From: Actinomycetales bacterium
GTDB lineage: Bacteria; Actinomycetota; Actinomycetes; Actinomycetales; Micrococcaceae
DNA length: 64,000 bases
NCBI GenBank assembly: GCA_038199275.1
Contig: JBBPZC010000151.1
Location: 5,749-69,748 of the forward strand
Direction: 5' to 3'
The position numbers and the translations under genes are program-made. The notes beneath the pieces are model-generated. The model did not search any database and was not told the DNA's origin. It worked only from the letters and a program-made list of their open reading frames with translations. This document shows, piece after piece, positions 48,257 to 58,334 of the stretch (positions within the stretch are counted from its first letter, which is position 1; each line of letters opens with the position of its first letter).

Positions 48257-49726
48257 GTGAGCCGCCAAAACATCCCCACGATCAACCCTGCAGCCGTCAT
48301 CGTCTTGGCTGCCGGAGCCGGCACCAGGATGAAGTCACGCACACCCAAGATCTTGCACACCATTGGTGGCATTTCCATGGTGGGCCATGCAGTCGCTGCA
48401 GCCAACGGGCTCAACCCCGAAAAGTTGGCAGTGGTGGTCCGCCACGAGCGTGACCTCGTCGCTGCCCACATCGCCGCGCTGGATGAAACGACGCACATTG
48501 TTGATCAGGATGAGATCCCCGGCACCGACCGCGCCGTCCAGCAGGCCCTCGAAGCCCTCGATGCGCAGGAACTTCTCACCGGCACCGTCGTGGTCACCTA
48601 CGGCGATGTTCCGCTGTTGACCACCGAGCTCCTGACCGAGTTGGTCACCACCCACGACGCCGACTCCAACGCCGTCACCGTCCTGACCGCGGTCCTGGAC
48701 GACGCCGCCGGCTACGGCCGCATCCTGCGCGATGAATCAGACGGCACCGTTCTGGGCATCCGCGAACACAAGGACGCAAGCGACGCCGAGCGTGAAATCC
48801 GCGAGATCAACTCCGGCATCTACGCCTTCGACGCCGCCGTCCTGCGCGAGGCACTCAAGTCAGTCACCACGAACAACAACCAGGGCGAGATGTACCTCAC
48901 CGATGTGCTTTCACTGGCCAGGAACGACGGCGGCCGGGTCGCCGCAGTCTCCACCACCGACCGCTGGCAGGTGGAAGGCGCCAACGATCGCGTGCAGCTT
49001 GCCGCGCTGGGCACCGAACACAACCGCCGCATCGTTGAAGGCTGGATGCGTGCCGGCGTGAGCGTTATCGACCCCGCCACCACGTGGATCGACTCCACAG
49101 TGCAGCTGGCCGAGGACGTCACCATCCTGCCCGGCACCCAACTGCACGGCAAAACAACGGTGGCGAGCAACGCCGTCGTTGGTCCCGATTCAACACTGAC
49201 GGACGTTCAGATTGCCGAAGGAGCCGAGGTGACCCGCACCCACGGCAGCGGTGCCATCATCGGTGAAGGCGCCCACGTTGGCCCGTTCACCTACCTGCGC
49301 CCCGGCACTGTGCTGGGCGCCGACGGCAAGATCGGCGCGTTCTACGAAACCAAGAACGTCACCATCGGGCGCGGCTCGAAGCTGTCCCATCTCGGCTACG
49401 CCGGGGACGCCGAGATCGGTGAGGACACGAACATCGGCTGCGGCAACATCACCGCCAACTTCGACGGCGTGAACAAGCACCGCACTGTCATAGGCTCGGG
49501 CGTACGCACCGGATCGAACACCGTCTTTGTGGCGCCCGTCACCGTGGGGGACGGTGCGTTCACCGGCGCCGGTGCCATTGTCCGCAAAAATGTGCCGGCG
49601 GGTGCACTGACGCTGACCGTGGCTCCGCAGCGCAACGCCGAGGGCTGGACTGCCGAGCACCGCCCGGGCAGCATCTCCGCTCAGGCTGCCGGCAAGTCCC
49701 GCCCGGCCGACACTGCAGCCAACTAA
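48257..49726 (+). CDS. glmU: Bifunctional UDP-GlcNAc pyrophosphorylase / glucosamine-1-phosphate acetyltransferase
   Basis: LAAGAGTRMKS, YGDVP, EINSGIY, GEMYLTD and hexapeptide repeats. AGGAG RBS. Confidence 0.97.
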   Translation: MSRQNIPTINPAAVIVLAAGAGTRMKSRTPKILHTIGGISMVGHAVAAANGLNPEKLAVVVRHERDLVAAHIAALDETTHIVDQDEIPGTDRAVQQALEALDAQELLTGTVVVTYGDVPLLTTELLTELVTTHDADSNAVTVLTAVLDDAAGYGRILRDESDGTVLGIREHKDASDAEREIREINSGIYAFDAAVLREALKSVTTNNNQGEMYLTDVLSLARNDGGRVAAVSTTDRWQVEGANDRVQLAALGTEHNRRIVEGWMRAGVSVIDPATTWIDSTVQLAEDVTILPGTQLHGKTTVASNAVVGPDSTLTDVQIAEGAEVTRTHGSGAIIGEGAHVGPFTYLRPGTVLGADGKIGAFYETKNVTIGRGSKLSHLGYAGDAEIGEDTNIGCGNITANFDGVNKHRTVIGSGVRTGSNTVFVAPVTVGDGAFTGAGAIVRKNVPAGALTLTVAPQRNAEGWTAEHRPGSISAQAAGKSRPADTAAN

Positions 49727-49765
49727 AAACTTCTCACCGACCCCAACACTGCGAGAAAGAAAATC

Positions 49766-50746
49766 ATGAGCGAACTAAGTCATAACGTCGACAAGAAGCT
49801 GGTCCTGGCCACCGGCCGCGCCCACCCTGAGCTGGCTGAGGAAGTGGCGAAGTGTCTGGGTACTGAGTTGCTGCCCATGTCGGCTTACGACTTTGCCAAC
49901 GGTGAGATTTACGTCCGCTCGGGGGAGAGCGTGCGTGGCAAGGAAGTTTTCATCATCCAGGCCCACCCGGCCCCGTTGAACAACTGGCTCATGGAGCAGC
50001 TGATCATGGTCGACTCCATGAAGCGTGCCTCCGCCCGCCGCATCACCGTCGTGGCACCGTTTTACCCGTACTCGCGCCAGGACAAGAAGGGCCGTGGCCG
50101 CGAGCCGATCTCGGCGCGCCTGGTCGCCGACATGTACAAGACCGCCGGCGCCGACCGCATCATGAGCGTTGACCTGCACACCGCACAGATCCAGGGCTTC
50201 TTCGACGGCCCCGTGGACCACCTTTTCGCGATCCCGCTCCTCGCCGAGCACATCCGCAAGGTCATTGGGGACGACGCCGTCACGGTGGTTTCCCCTGACA
50301 CCGGCCGCGTGCGTGTGGCTGAGCAGTGGGCCGATCGTTTGGGCGGTGCCCCCTTGGCATTCGTGCACAAGTCCCGTGACTTGACGGTGCCGAACCAGGC
50401 TGTGTCCAAAACCGTTGTGGGTCAGGTCGAGGGGCGCACCTGTGTGCTGATCGATGACATGATCGACACCGGTGGAACCATTGCCGGCGCCGTGAGGGTC
50501 CTCAAGGATGCCGGCGCCAAGGACGTCATCATTGCCGCCACGCACGCCGTGTTCTCCAGCCCGGCCTCCGAGCGCCTCGCCAACTGCGGCGCCCGCGAAG
50601 TTGTTGTCACCAACACCCTCCCGATCCCCGAAGAGAAGCGTTTCGAGACGCTGACGGTGCTCTCCATCGCACCCCTGTTGGCCCGCGCCATCAAGGAAGT
50701 CTTCGAGGACGGTTCGGTTACTTCCCTGTTCGACGGCGACGCCTAA
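49766..50746 (+). CDS. prs: Ribose-phosphate pyrophosphokinase
   Basis: FANGE, YSRQDKK, DLH and LIDDMIDTGGT motifs. Confidence 0.98.
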   Translation: MSELSHNVDKKLVLATGRAHPELAEEVAKCLGTELLPMSAYDFANGEIYVRSGESVRGKEVFIIQAHPAPLNNWLMEQLIMVDSMKRASARRITVVAPFYPYSRQDKKGRGREPISARLVADMYKTAGADRIMSVDLHTAQIQGFFDGPVDHLFAIPLLAEHIRKVIGDDAVTVVSPDTGRVRVAEQWADRLGGAPLAFVHKSRDLTVPNQAVSKTVVGQVEGRTCVLIDDMIDTGGTIAGAVRVLKDAGAKDVIIAATHAVFSSPASERLANCGAREVVVTNTLPIPEEKRFETLTVLSIAPLLARAIKEVFEDGSVTSLFDGDA

Positions 50747-50757
50747 CCTTTATCTCT

Positions 50758-50803
50758 GCAGCAAGACGGCCGCTTCCCCTCACCGGGACGCGGCCGTTGC
50801 TGC
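50758..50803 (+). terminator. Stem-loop after prs
   Basis: GCAGCAA..CGGCCGC...GCGGCCG.TTGCTGC. Confidence 0.6.
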
Positions 50804-50869
50804 TTCGGCAGAAATCCGGCGGCATCACCGCTGTCCACAAGCTCGCTACCATTCTGCTAAACTAGCTCA

Positions 50870-51003
50870 GTAAACCTTGGCGAGGGACGCTTGCAAAAAG
50901 TGTCCGTGATCGACTGGGTCTCGCAGCTCCTTACATTCTTGTTTTGGATTGTGTTGACCTGTTTTTATCAACGCCCACCACTAAAGAATGAAGGAGCTTT
51001 TTC
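50870..51003 (+). promoter_or_regulatory. Structured rplY 5' leader with anti-Shine-Dalgarno helix
   Basis: TGc-TAAACT extended -10 at 50855-50863. 50925-50940 pairs with 50984-50998, covering AAGGAG. Confidence 0.6.
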
Positions 51004-51582
51004 ATGTCTGAATTGAGCCTGACTGGCGAACTGCGCAACGAATTCGGCAAGGGCGCGGCACGCCGCATCCGCCGTGCAGACCAGATCCCCGCAGTCATCT
51101 ACGGCCACGGCGCAGCCCCCCTGCACTTGGTTCTGCCGGAGCGTGCCACGATGCGCGCCATCCGTGCCTCCAACGCCCTGCTGACCATCACCATTGAAGG
51201 CGAAGAGCACCTCGCCCTGGTCAAGGACATCCAGCGCGACCCCGTTCTGCAGATTGTCGAGCACATCGACCTGCTGACCGTCAAGAAGGGCGAGAAGGTC
51301 ATTGTTGACGTTCCCGTCCGCCTCGTTGGCGAGCCTGCTCCGGCGACCGTTGTCAACCAGGAAGAAGTTGTGGTCAGCCTCTCCGCAGACGCAACCGACC
51401 TGCCTTCACACATCGACGTCAACATCGAAGGCCTGGCCGTCGGCCAGCACGTCCTCGCCGGCGACTTGGTTCTGCCTGCAGGCGTCGAGCTCGTCAACGA
51501 AGCTGACCTGCTGATCGTTCACTTCGCTGAGCCGGTAGTTATTGCCGAAGCTGAGACCGAAGAAGCAGCAGCTGCAGAGTAG
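51004..51582 (+). CDS. rplY: 50S ribosomal protein bL25 / general stress protein Ctc
   Basis: FGKGAARRIRR..QIPAVIYG and KDIQRDP...HIDL motifs. Confidence 0.97.
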   Translation: MSELSLTGELRNEFGKGAARRIRRADQIPAVIYGHGAAPLHLVLPERATMRAIRASNALLTITIEGEEHLALVKDIQRDPVLQIVEHIDLLTVKKGEKVIVDVPVRLVGEPAPATVVNQEEVVVSLSADATDLPSHIDVNIEGLAVGQHVLAGDLVLPAGVELVNEADLLIVHFAEPVVIAEAETEEAAAAE

Positions 51583-51593
51583 CATTCACCCAC

Positions 51594-52166
51594 ATGAGTG
51601 ACACTTGGCTTGTAGTCGGGCTCGGGAACACCGGGCCCGGCTACAGCCGTAACAGGCACAACATTGGTTACATGGTGGTCGAGGAGCTCGCCTCCCGCCT
51701 TGGAACCTCTTTCAAGACCCATAAAGCCGGGGCCCTCGTTGCCACTGGCCGTTTGGACAGTGGTGGCCACAAACTCATCCTGGCCAAGCCCTCCGTCTTC
51801 ATGAATCTCAATGGAGGCCCGACGGCGGCACTCGCCAAGTTCTACAACCTTGCCGCCGCAAACGTCATCGCCGTGCACGATGAAATTGAGCTCCCCTTCG
51901 ACTCCGTGAAGCTCAAATTCGGTGGCGGTGAAGGCGGCCACAACGGCCTGCGTGATATCTCCCGAACCCTGGGAACCAAGGATTATTACCGTGTTCGTGC
52001 GGGAGTTGGCAGGCCTCCCGGCCGGGCCGACGCGGCCAGTCATGTGCTGCGAGACTTCTCCATGACCGAGAACAAAACATTGCCTTTCCTTATCGACAGC
52101 GCCGCCGATGCCGTGGAAATGTTGGTGACCAGCGGCATGGCTGCCGCGCAGGAGAAGTTCCGCTAG
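51594..52166 (+). CDS. pth: Peptidyl-tRNA hydrolase
   Basis: VGLGN, RHNIG, FMNLNG, HDEIE and GGHNGLR motifs. Confidence 0.97.
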   Translation: MSDTWLVVGLGNTGPGYSRNRHNIGYMVVEELASRLGTSFKTHKAGALVATGRLDSGGHKLILAKPSVFMNLNGGPTAALAKFYNLAAANVIAVHDEIELPFDSVKLKFGGGEGGHNGLRDISRTLGTKDYYRVRAGVGRPPGRADAASHVLRDFSMTENKTLPFLIDSAADAVEMLVTSGMAAAQEKFR

Positions 52167-52278
52167 CCATTCGGCTAACAAAACTGTTCAATTTGTCCTT
52201 ATGGACTGTTATGATCTCAGTGAGGCGGCCAGAGCATCTCTGAGGGATTGTCGGTCGCAGAACAAATGGGGTCTCGGC

Positions 52279-55008
52279 ATGACAATTTTCAATGATGTCG
52301 CTGCTCCCAAATGGTCGAAATCTGCCCATACGGGCACTTTCGAAGCCATGGGGGCGGGCGAACGCAAGGCTTGGTCTACGTTCGTAAGGCAGGCAGAGAT
52401 TGACCGAACGGTCAATCTCATCAACGCTGCGGGCACGTATGGCGCATTGGTGTCCGGACCTTGGGGTGTTGGTAAGACGGCGCTTGCGCGTGCTGTTGAA
52501 GCGACCTTGTCGCAGACCACCCATGTTGAACGGCTTTTTGGTTCTCATGCCGAAACACTCGTCACCTATGCGCCTCTAACCATGCTGATGGCGCGGCTGC
52601 CGGCGACATCCCTGGACTCACCCTCCGGCATCATTCGAGGGATTGACGACCTCATTCGGGCTGACGCGGCAGGCAGGGATGTTCTACTCGTCGTTGACGA
52701 CCTGCCAGGACTGGACACCATGACTGTGGGCGTTCTGATGCATCTGGTCATGGGTGGGACAGCGCGTCTGCTGGTGCTGGCACGTGAGCGGGGGGATCTC
52801 CCCGAAGATCTTGTGTGGTTGGTGAAAGATGGTTTGCTTGGCGAAATTCGACTGGATTATTTCAACCGTGATGAGGTTGGGGAGCTGATCTCCAAAGCAA
52901 CCGGGACATTCGTCTCGGAATCCGCGGTGACAGCCCTGCACAAAGCAAGTAACGGTATTCCCCTGGTTCTTCAGGCGCTATTTCATGAACAAGTGGCCAA
53001 GGGAAGCATAAGGAAACATCTGGGCGGATGGGTCGTTAGAGATTCCCTTAACGCGGATGCCGGCAGCGCACTGGCAGATGTTGTCCGTTCCAGATTGTCT
53101 CGGGAGAATGAGGCAGTGCGCCTGGGCGTGGAGAAGATGTCGCTGTTGGGCAACACCACTCTTCAGATGGCTATCTCGGTTCTGGGTCAGAAAACCCTGT
53201 CAGACTTGGAAGAACGAGGTTTTGTTGAGGTTGGTCCGTCAGGCCTGAATCGGGTAAATCTGATTGAGCGTCACGTGGGGGACATTGTCCGCAGCCGACT
53301 GTCCCCGGAACGAATGGCGCAGCTGCTGTCTGAGATCGCCTCGACGCTGGATCAGTCGCTGGAATCTCTGGACGCGCGGGAAACAATGTCCTTGGCCGCA
53401 TGGACCCTTGATGCAGGAATGCAATTGGAGCCCCGACTTGGCCTGCGTGCAGCAGTCTCGGCGCTGCGGCAATTTGATCCTGTTTTAGCGCTTCGCTGCA
53501 CCGCACAAATACCATTCGCCCACGGCTTGTGGGTGCGGGCGGTGCAGGCACGCAGTGCAGCGTACATGCTTTTAGCTGACAGTCATGCGGCTGTCTCTGA
53601 GCTGAATGCCGTTCCCGATGACGTTGTCGCGGAACTGCCCATCGACGATTTTGGTGCGTTGGTCCTGACGAAAGTGGGGGCACTGCTTTGGGTCTCGAAC
53701 GGAAAAGAACGGATTCGGGAACTGTTGGCCCACGCCGAGGACCGGCTGGCCGCAGAGGGGGCCAGACCAGATTCAACCGCATACAAAGGGGCACGGAGGC
53801 TGGTGAATCTTGCGCGCTTTGAATTCCAAGTCCATGGAGGCGATTTTGCTGCAGTTGTGGAAGATCTTGAGGCAGCACTCGCTGACGACGATCCTGACTA
53901 CAGGCTAAACTGCGCGTGTCTGCTGGTACCAACCTTGGCGGTGCTTGGCCGTGAGCTGGATGCGGTCGTCTTGGCAAGCAGCCTCCAGACAGAGATCTCT
54001 GATCTGACAAGCGCCCCACTTCTCAGCGACTATTACCGCAATGGATGGGCATGTGCCCTGATATGGAGCGGACAGTGGGTGGCCTGCGTTGAAATGTTGC
54101 GCAACGAGCTCGAATACACGCCTCAGCCGGTTACCTATCGAGGTGGCTTGATTGAACTCAATCTGGGGCTGGCGCAGGCCTACGCCGGACGTGGCACCAA
54201 GGCCATCCAGGTGCTCATGTCGGCAGCCGCGCAGCTTGAAGCCCGCAACAGTGACAATGCATTAAGTTTGGCGTACACTGCGCTTGCGTTTTGTCATGCA
54301 CAAGTCAACAACGGGCCAGAGGCGATGGAATACCTGAAGCTGGCCAAGTCCGTGGAGGGGCCCGCCTTGTGGTCCAACGGCGCCATGACAGAATTTTTCC
54401 GATTCATGGCCTTACGGTGGCTGGACTATCCCCATGCAGCCGAACAACTTCACCGGTCTGCTTTGCAGGATCTGGACCGGGGCAATCTGACAACAGCCTC
54501 GATGTCGCTCTTCGGCTCGAGCCTGAAAGCCACAGAGAAGGATTATGGGTTGTTGGAAGAAGTTTCTCTGCGACGGCAGGGGTCCATGGCGACCGTGAAC
54601 GTGTTGCTGGCTCAAGCAGCCCGCACCCGCAATCCGAACAAAGCGTTAGAAGCTGCAGCTCTCGCTCAAACGCTGAAACTGGACGCCGTTGAATCCCGTT
54701 GCGCAGTCCTCGCCTTGGACTTGGCGCGAGAGGCCGGCCAGAGTGTCCTGGCCCGCAGCGCCTCCAGAAGGCTCGAACGGCTCAATGGGAAGCTGTCAAA
54801 GTTGCCGATCCAACCGCAAAGCAGTCGTGCCAAACTCACACAGCGCGAGATTCAAGTTGCAAAGCTGGCCCAACGGGGAATGGGCAATAGGGCCATAGCT
54901 GACAGGATCGGCGTCTCAGTGCGAACTGTGGAAGGCCACCTTTACCAGCTGTACAGCAAGTTGGGCGTCACTACCCGACAAGAACTCCTTGAAGACGAGG
55001 AAATCTAG
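52279..55008 (+). CDS. Large ATP-binding LuxR-family (LAL/STAND) transcriptional regulator, intact P-loop
   Basis: Walker A GPWGVGKT, Walker B LLVVDD, SNGIPL (GxP), C-terminal LTQRE...N..IA....S.RTVEGHL...Y.KLG HTH. Confidence 0.9.
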   Translation: MTIFNDVAAPKWSKSAHTGTFEAMGAGERKAWSTFVRQAEIDRTVNLINAAGTYGALVSGPWGVGKTALARAVEATLSQTTHVERLFGSHAETLVTYAPLTMLMARLPATSLDSPSGIIRGIDDLIRADAAGRDVLLVVDDLPGLDTMTVGVLMHLVMGGTARLLVLARERGDLPEDLVWLVKDGLLGEIRLDYFNRDEVGELISKATGTFVSESAVTALHKASNGIPLVLQALFHEQVAKGSIRKHLGGWVVRDSLNADAGSALADVVRSRLSRENEAVRLGVEKMSLLGNTTLQMAISVLGQKTLSDLEERGFVEVGPSGLNRVNLIERHVGDIVRSRLSPERMAQLLSEIASTLDQSLESLDARETMSLAAWTLDAGMQLEPRLGLRAAVSALRQFDPVLALRCTAQIPFAHGLWVRAVQARSAAYMLLADSHAAVSELNAVPDDVVAELPIDDFGALVLTKVGALLWVSNGKERIRELLAHAEDRLAAEGARPDSTAYKGARRLVNLARFEFQVHGGDFAAVVEDLEAALADDDPDYRLNCACLLVPTLAVLGRELDAVVLASSLQTEISDLTSAPLLSDYYRNGWACALIWSGQWVACVEMLRNELEYTPQPVTYRGGLIELNLGLAQAYAGRGTKAIQVLMSAAAQLEARNSDNALSLAYTALAFCHAQVNNGPEAMEYLKLAKSVEGPALWSNGAMTEFFRFMALRWLDYPHAAEQLHRSALQDLDRGNLTTASMSLFGSSLKATEKDYGLLEEVSLRRQGSMATVNVLLAQAARTRNPNKALEAAALAQTLKLDAVESRCAVLALDLAREAGQSVLARSASRRLERLNGKLSKLPIQPQSSRAKLTQREIQVAKLAQRGMGNRAIADRIGVSVRTVEGHLYQLYSKLGVTTRQELLEDEEI

Positions 55009-55011
55009 ACG

Positions 55012-57759
55012 ATGGCTGGAAACGGCCGAGAAATATCCAAACTCCCTGAGGACGCATTCAGCCCCCAATTTTGCCGCCCCGAGGAGTTTTTCGAAATCAC
55101 GCAGAGAATTGACAGAGCCGACTGCAGCGCGATCTTCATTAGCTCCGAGATGGGGATGGGGGCCACCTCCCTTCTCCACGAAGTCGTTGCCATGGAGTCC
55201 AAGCGGCGTGCAGTCATTGCACTGCACGGCACTCCGTCACTGGCGTCCATCCCCTTTGGGATTCTTTCACCCTATCTACGGCGCAGCTCATCCTCTTTTG
55301 TTGAGTCACATGTGGATGCCGTCAGGCAATTGCTCAGTTTGTTGGAAGAAGATGAGGCGTCCTTGCGCAAGATGCTGGGGATGGACTCCGAATTGCGCCA
55401 TCCGCTCTTGATCCTTGACGGAGCCGATAACATTGATCGCGCTACGGCGGAAATCATTGCAAGCTTGGTGCGTGCCGGAAGGCTCAAGCTTGTCATTGCC
55501 CACCCGGCAGGCAGTGAGCCTGCACGCCCAATGCCGCGGCTCTGGGAAGACGGCCTTGTCGAAAAAATCCAGCTCCGGCCGTTGTCGCGTGAGGCTGGAC
55601 ACGAATTCTGTACGGCAGTCTTGGGTGGGCGCCCTGCCGCCAGCATCAGCTGGCACTTCTGGAATATTGCCGGTGGCAATCCGCTTCTCATGAGATTGGT
55701 GATGGAAGACTCCATCGCCAACGGCACCCTACGCCAACAAAATGACGTATGGCTGATGGAATTGCATTCGGGGCCATCCGGGCGCCGACTCCAAGATGTT
55801 GTCTTGGAGCAATTACGTGGGCTTTCATCGACGGCTCGGGAAATGCTGGACTTGGTAGCTTTGTCCGAACCCGTCTCCATGGAAACAATTATCAAACAAC
55901 TTGGCGCAACCGCCTTGGTTGAATTGATGGCACGGCACCTGTTGCAGGAAACCACGGGCGACTCGGGTGTGCTGAAACTGACCAACCCCGTTTATGGGGA
56001 AGTCATCCGGGGATTGGTGCCGCGGTCACGCAGCAGGATGTTGCACGCCCGCCTTGTGAAGGACCTGGAAACGGAGCCACTGAACCCGGAATCACTGCTA
56101 CGAATGGTGATCTGGGCGCTGGACAGTGGCCACAAAGTCCCAGATGAGAGATTGGTTTCGGCAGCAATTTTTGCGTGCAAACTCTACGAATCAGAGATTG
56201 CACTGCGCCTTGCCGGAGAGGTCGCGGGCTCCGATGCGTCCCGCAAGGCATTGGTCATCAAGGCGCGGGTCATGTTCAACATGGGCCGGTACCAAGAGAC
56301 TGCTCAGCTGCTGGATGCTGATACACGCGCTGCCGAAGGGCTTTCCGGGCTGATGTTTGGAGGACTGTTGCTGGCGGCAACGCGCTCCGCCTTGGGCTTG
56401 CCGGCGCTGAGTATCCATGACGATGCGGCAAGACTTCGCACCGATGGCAAAAATTTGGCGGCGCAGTTTCCGGATGATGCATCCGACATCTTGTGGCGGA
56501 CTTGTGAACGTGCGGAAGTGCTAGATCTCATGGCTCTGTCAAAATCAGGGCGCTATGAACACATGGAAAAACATATTGCCGCCATACTCGCCAATACTGA
56601 AGCGGCGGAGGACGCCGACCATCTTTGCAACCGATCACTGGCTCTGGCATTCGACGCCGAACGACTCAGTGCAATCGGCAAACCAATATCAGCCAGAAGC
56701 AGTGCCAGTGCGGCATTCGCCATTGAACAAGCGGAAGATCACAACGTCTATTTTGTACCGGAGATGATCATCACTCGTGCTCAGGTGGCTTCCCTGACGG
56801 CGGGGACATGGGAAGAATCCGAGCAGATGCTGCAGTATTTCGCCGTCGATCTGGGCAAAGTCACTATTTCCTTTGGCGGCAGCGTTGACTTGGTTCGAGG
56901 CATGATGATGCTGCGACAGGGAAAAAATGCCCAAGCGCTTGAGGTGTTATTGACCGGTGTTGAGGCGTTGAACCACAGTGACCCGCAGCAACTCCTTGGC
57001 TATTGTGTTGCGATGGCCGCCTATGCCGCAGTTAGGGCTGGCCGAATAGAAGCTGCCACGGAGTTCCTTGAGCAGTACCGTGAGGACACCGGCATGTTTA
57101 TCGTTGTGGCCCACGAAAGGGCGTTCGTAGCTGCGGTGCGAGAACACCTTGATGGCGATGGCGATGGGTTGGCAGCGCTGCTCCAAATTGCCGACGACTG
57201 CGCCCAGCGGGGACTGTTGACGGCAGAACTCAACGCTCTATCCCTGGCCCTGGACTTCGATCCCAAGGGAATAATGGAGCGGGTAGCTACTGTGGCTCAT
57301 GCCGTGGAAGGGTCCTGGGCCGCAGGATTGGCAGCCTATGCTGAGTCTCTGGGGCACCGGAATGCTGCACAGGCTGTGGACGCTGCGGAACATCTTTTGG
57401 AAGCACAGATGTACCACCACGCCGGAAAAATGCTAAAAGTTGCCGCCTCCCTCCTGTCCAAGGATCACAGCGGCCTGCTATCCAGGCGGGTGCAGGATGG
57501 CACCACGCGTTGGGACAGTGCACTTGCCGGCGAGGGGGAGGCCGTGGGCGTGTCGCCCAGCAGTCAACGCAGAGTCCAAGGACTCTTGACTCGCCGGGAA
57601 TTGGAGATTTCTCTATTGGCGGCCGAAGGCATGACGGACAAAGACATCGCCTCCATGCTGCACGTCTCCGTGCGCACGGTCGAAGGGCATCTCTACCGGT
57701 CCTACTTAAAACTCGGGATCACCGATCGCCATGATCTCGCCCTGGCCCTTTCTGACTAA
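55012..57759 (+). CDS. Large LuxR-family (LAL/STAND) regulator with degenerate P-loop
   Basis: SEMGMGAT at the Walker A position, LLILDGAD, AGGNPL, C-terminal LTRRE...RTVEGHLYRSYLKLG HTH. Confidence 0.88.
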   Translation: MAGNGREISKLPEDAFSPQFCRPEEFFEITQRIDRADCSAIFISSEMGMGATSLLHEVVAMESKRRAVIALHGTPSLASIPFGILSPYLRRSSSSFVESHVDAVRQLLSLLEEDEASLRKMLGMDSELRHPLLILDGADNIDRATAEIIASLVRAGRLKLVIAHPAGSEPARPMPRLWEDGLVEKIQLRPLSREAGHEFCTAVLGGRPAASISWHFWNIAGGNPLLMRLVMEDSIANGTLRQQNDVWLMELHSGPSGRRLQDVVLEQLRGLSSTAREMLDLVALSEPVSMETIIKQLGATALVELMARHLLQETTGDSGVLKLTNPVYGEVIRGLVPRSRSRMLHARLVKDLETEPLNPESLLRMVIWALDSGHKVPDERLVSAAIFACKLYESEIALRLAGEVAGSDASRKALVIKARVMFNMGRYQETAQLLDADTRAAEGLSGLMFGGLLLAATRSALGLPALSIHDDAARLRTDGKNLAAQFPDDASDILWRTCERAEVLDLMALSKSGRYEHMEKHIAAILANTEAAEDADHLCNRSLALAFDAERLSAIGKPISARSSASAAFAIEQAEDHNVYFVPEMIITRAQVASLTAGTWEESEQMLQYFAVDLGKVTISFGGSVDLVRGMMMLRQGKNAQALEVLLTGVEALNHSDPQQLLGYCVAMAAYAAVRAGRIEAATEFLEQYREDTGMFIVVAHERAFVAAVREHLDGDGDGLAALLQIADDCAQRGLLTAELNALSLALDFDPKGIMERVATVAHAVEGSWAAGLAAYAESLGHRNAAQAVDAAEHLLEAQMYHHAGKMLKVAASLLSKDHSGLLSRRVQDGTTRWDSALAGEGEAVGVSPSSQRRVQGLLTRRELEISLLAAEGMTDKDIASMLHVSVRTVEGHLYRSYLKLGITDRHDLALALSD

Positions 57760-58076
57760 GACAGCGCTTTCTGACTGACCCAGCATCTCTGCAAGAAGCT
57801 GGAGTCTGCCCGCGCCCGTTTTTGGATGGCGCCCAGCAGATCATGACTACCTAGGCGCGACTTTGTGTGCCAATTGCGCGTTTTATAGCCAAATTGTTCC
57901 ACGTCAAAATGCGAAAACTAAGTAGACACGGTCCCGACCTGAGTACACAAATAGGTATACCCGAGTTTGGTTACGACATTGTCGTCAAACAAATGAGTAG
58001 CGACCACTCGTGTACTTGCCGCTCCGGGGCCGTTAGCTAGAGACATCCCACCGAACGTCAGTGCAGGAAGGTCTCA

Positions 58077-58334
58077 ATGTCTCATCAAATGCACGCGGTG
58101 GTGCACCTTGCCGGGGGAATCACAGAATGCCTCGAAGCGCACCCATGCACCACTGCCATCTACGCTTCTCACCCCACGGCAAAAACCCTGCCCGGTACCA
58201 TAATTAACCGGGCTCCTCAATCGGAGCCGGCGGCGGATAAGCCTTCTGAGACCAAGGCTTTCCCCCAGCCGTCGTCGGCTCCCTTCAGTTGCCAAACCGC
58301 AGCTGGCTACCTTTCTGGCGGCCACAATGACTGA
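58077..58334 (+). CDS. Possible small ORF (85 aa) coupled to the sugar transferase
   Basis: AGGAAGG before ATG and stop overlapping the next gene's start. No recognisable domain. Confidence 0.25.
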   Translation: MSHQMHAVVHLAGGITECLEAHPCTTAIYASHPTAKTLPGTIINRAPQSEPAADKPSETKAFPQPSSAPFSCQTAAGYLSGGHND

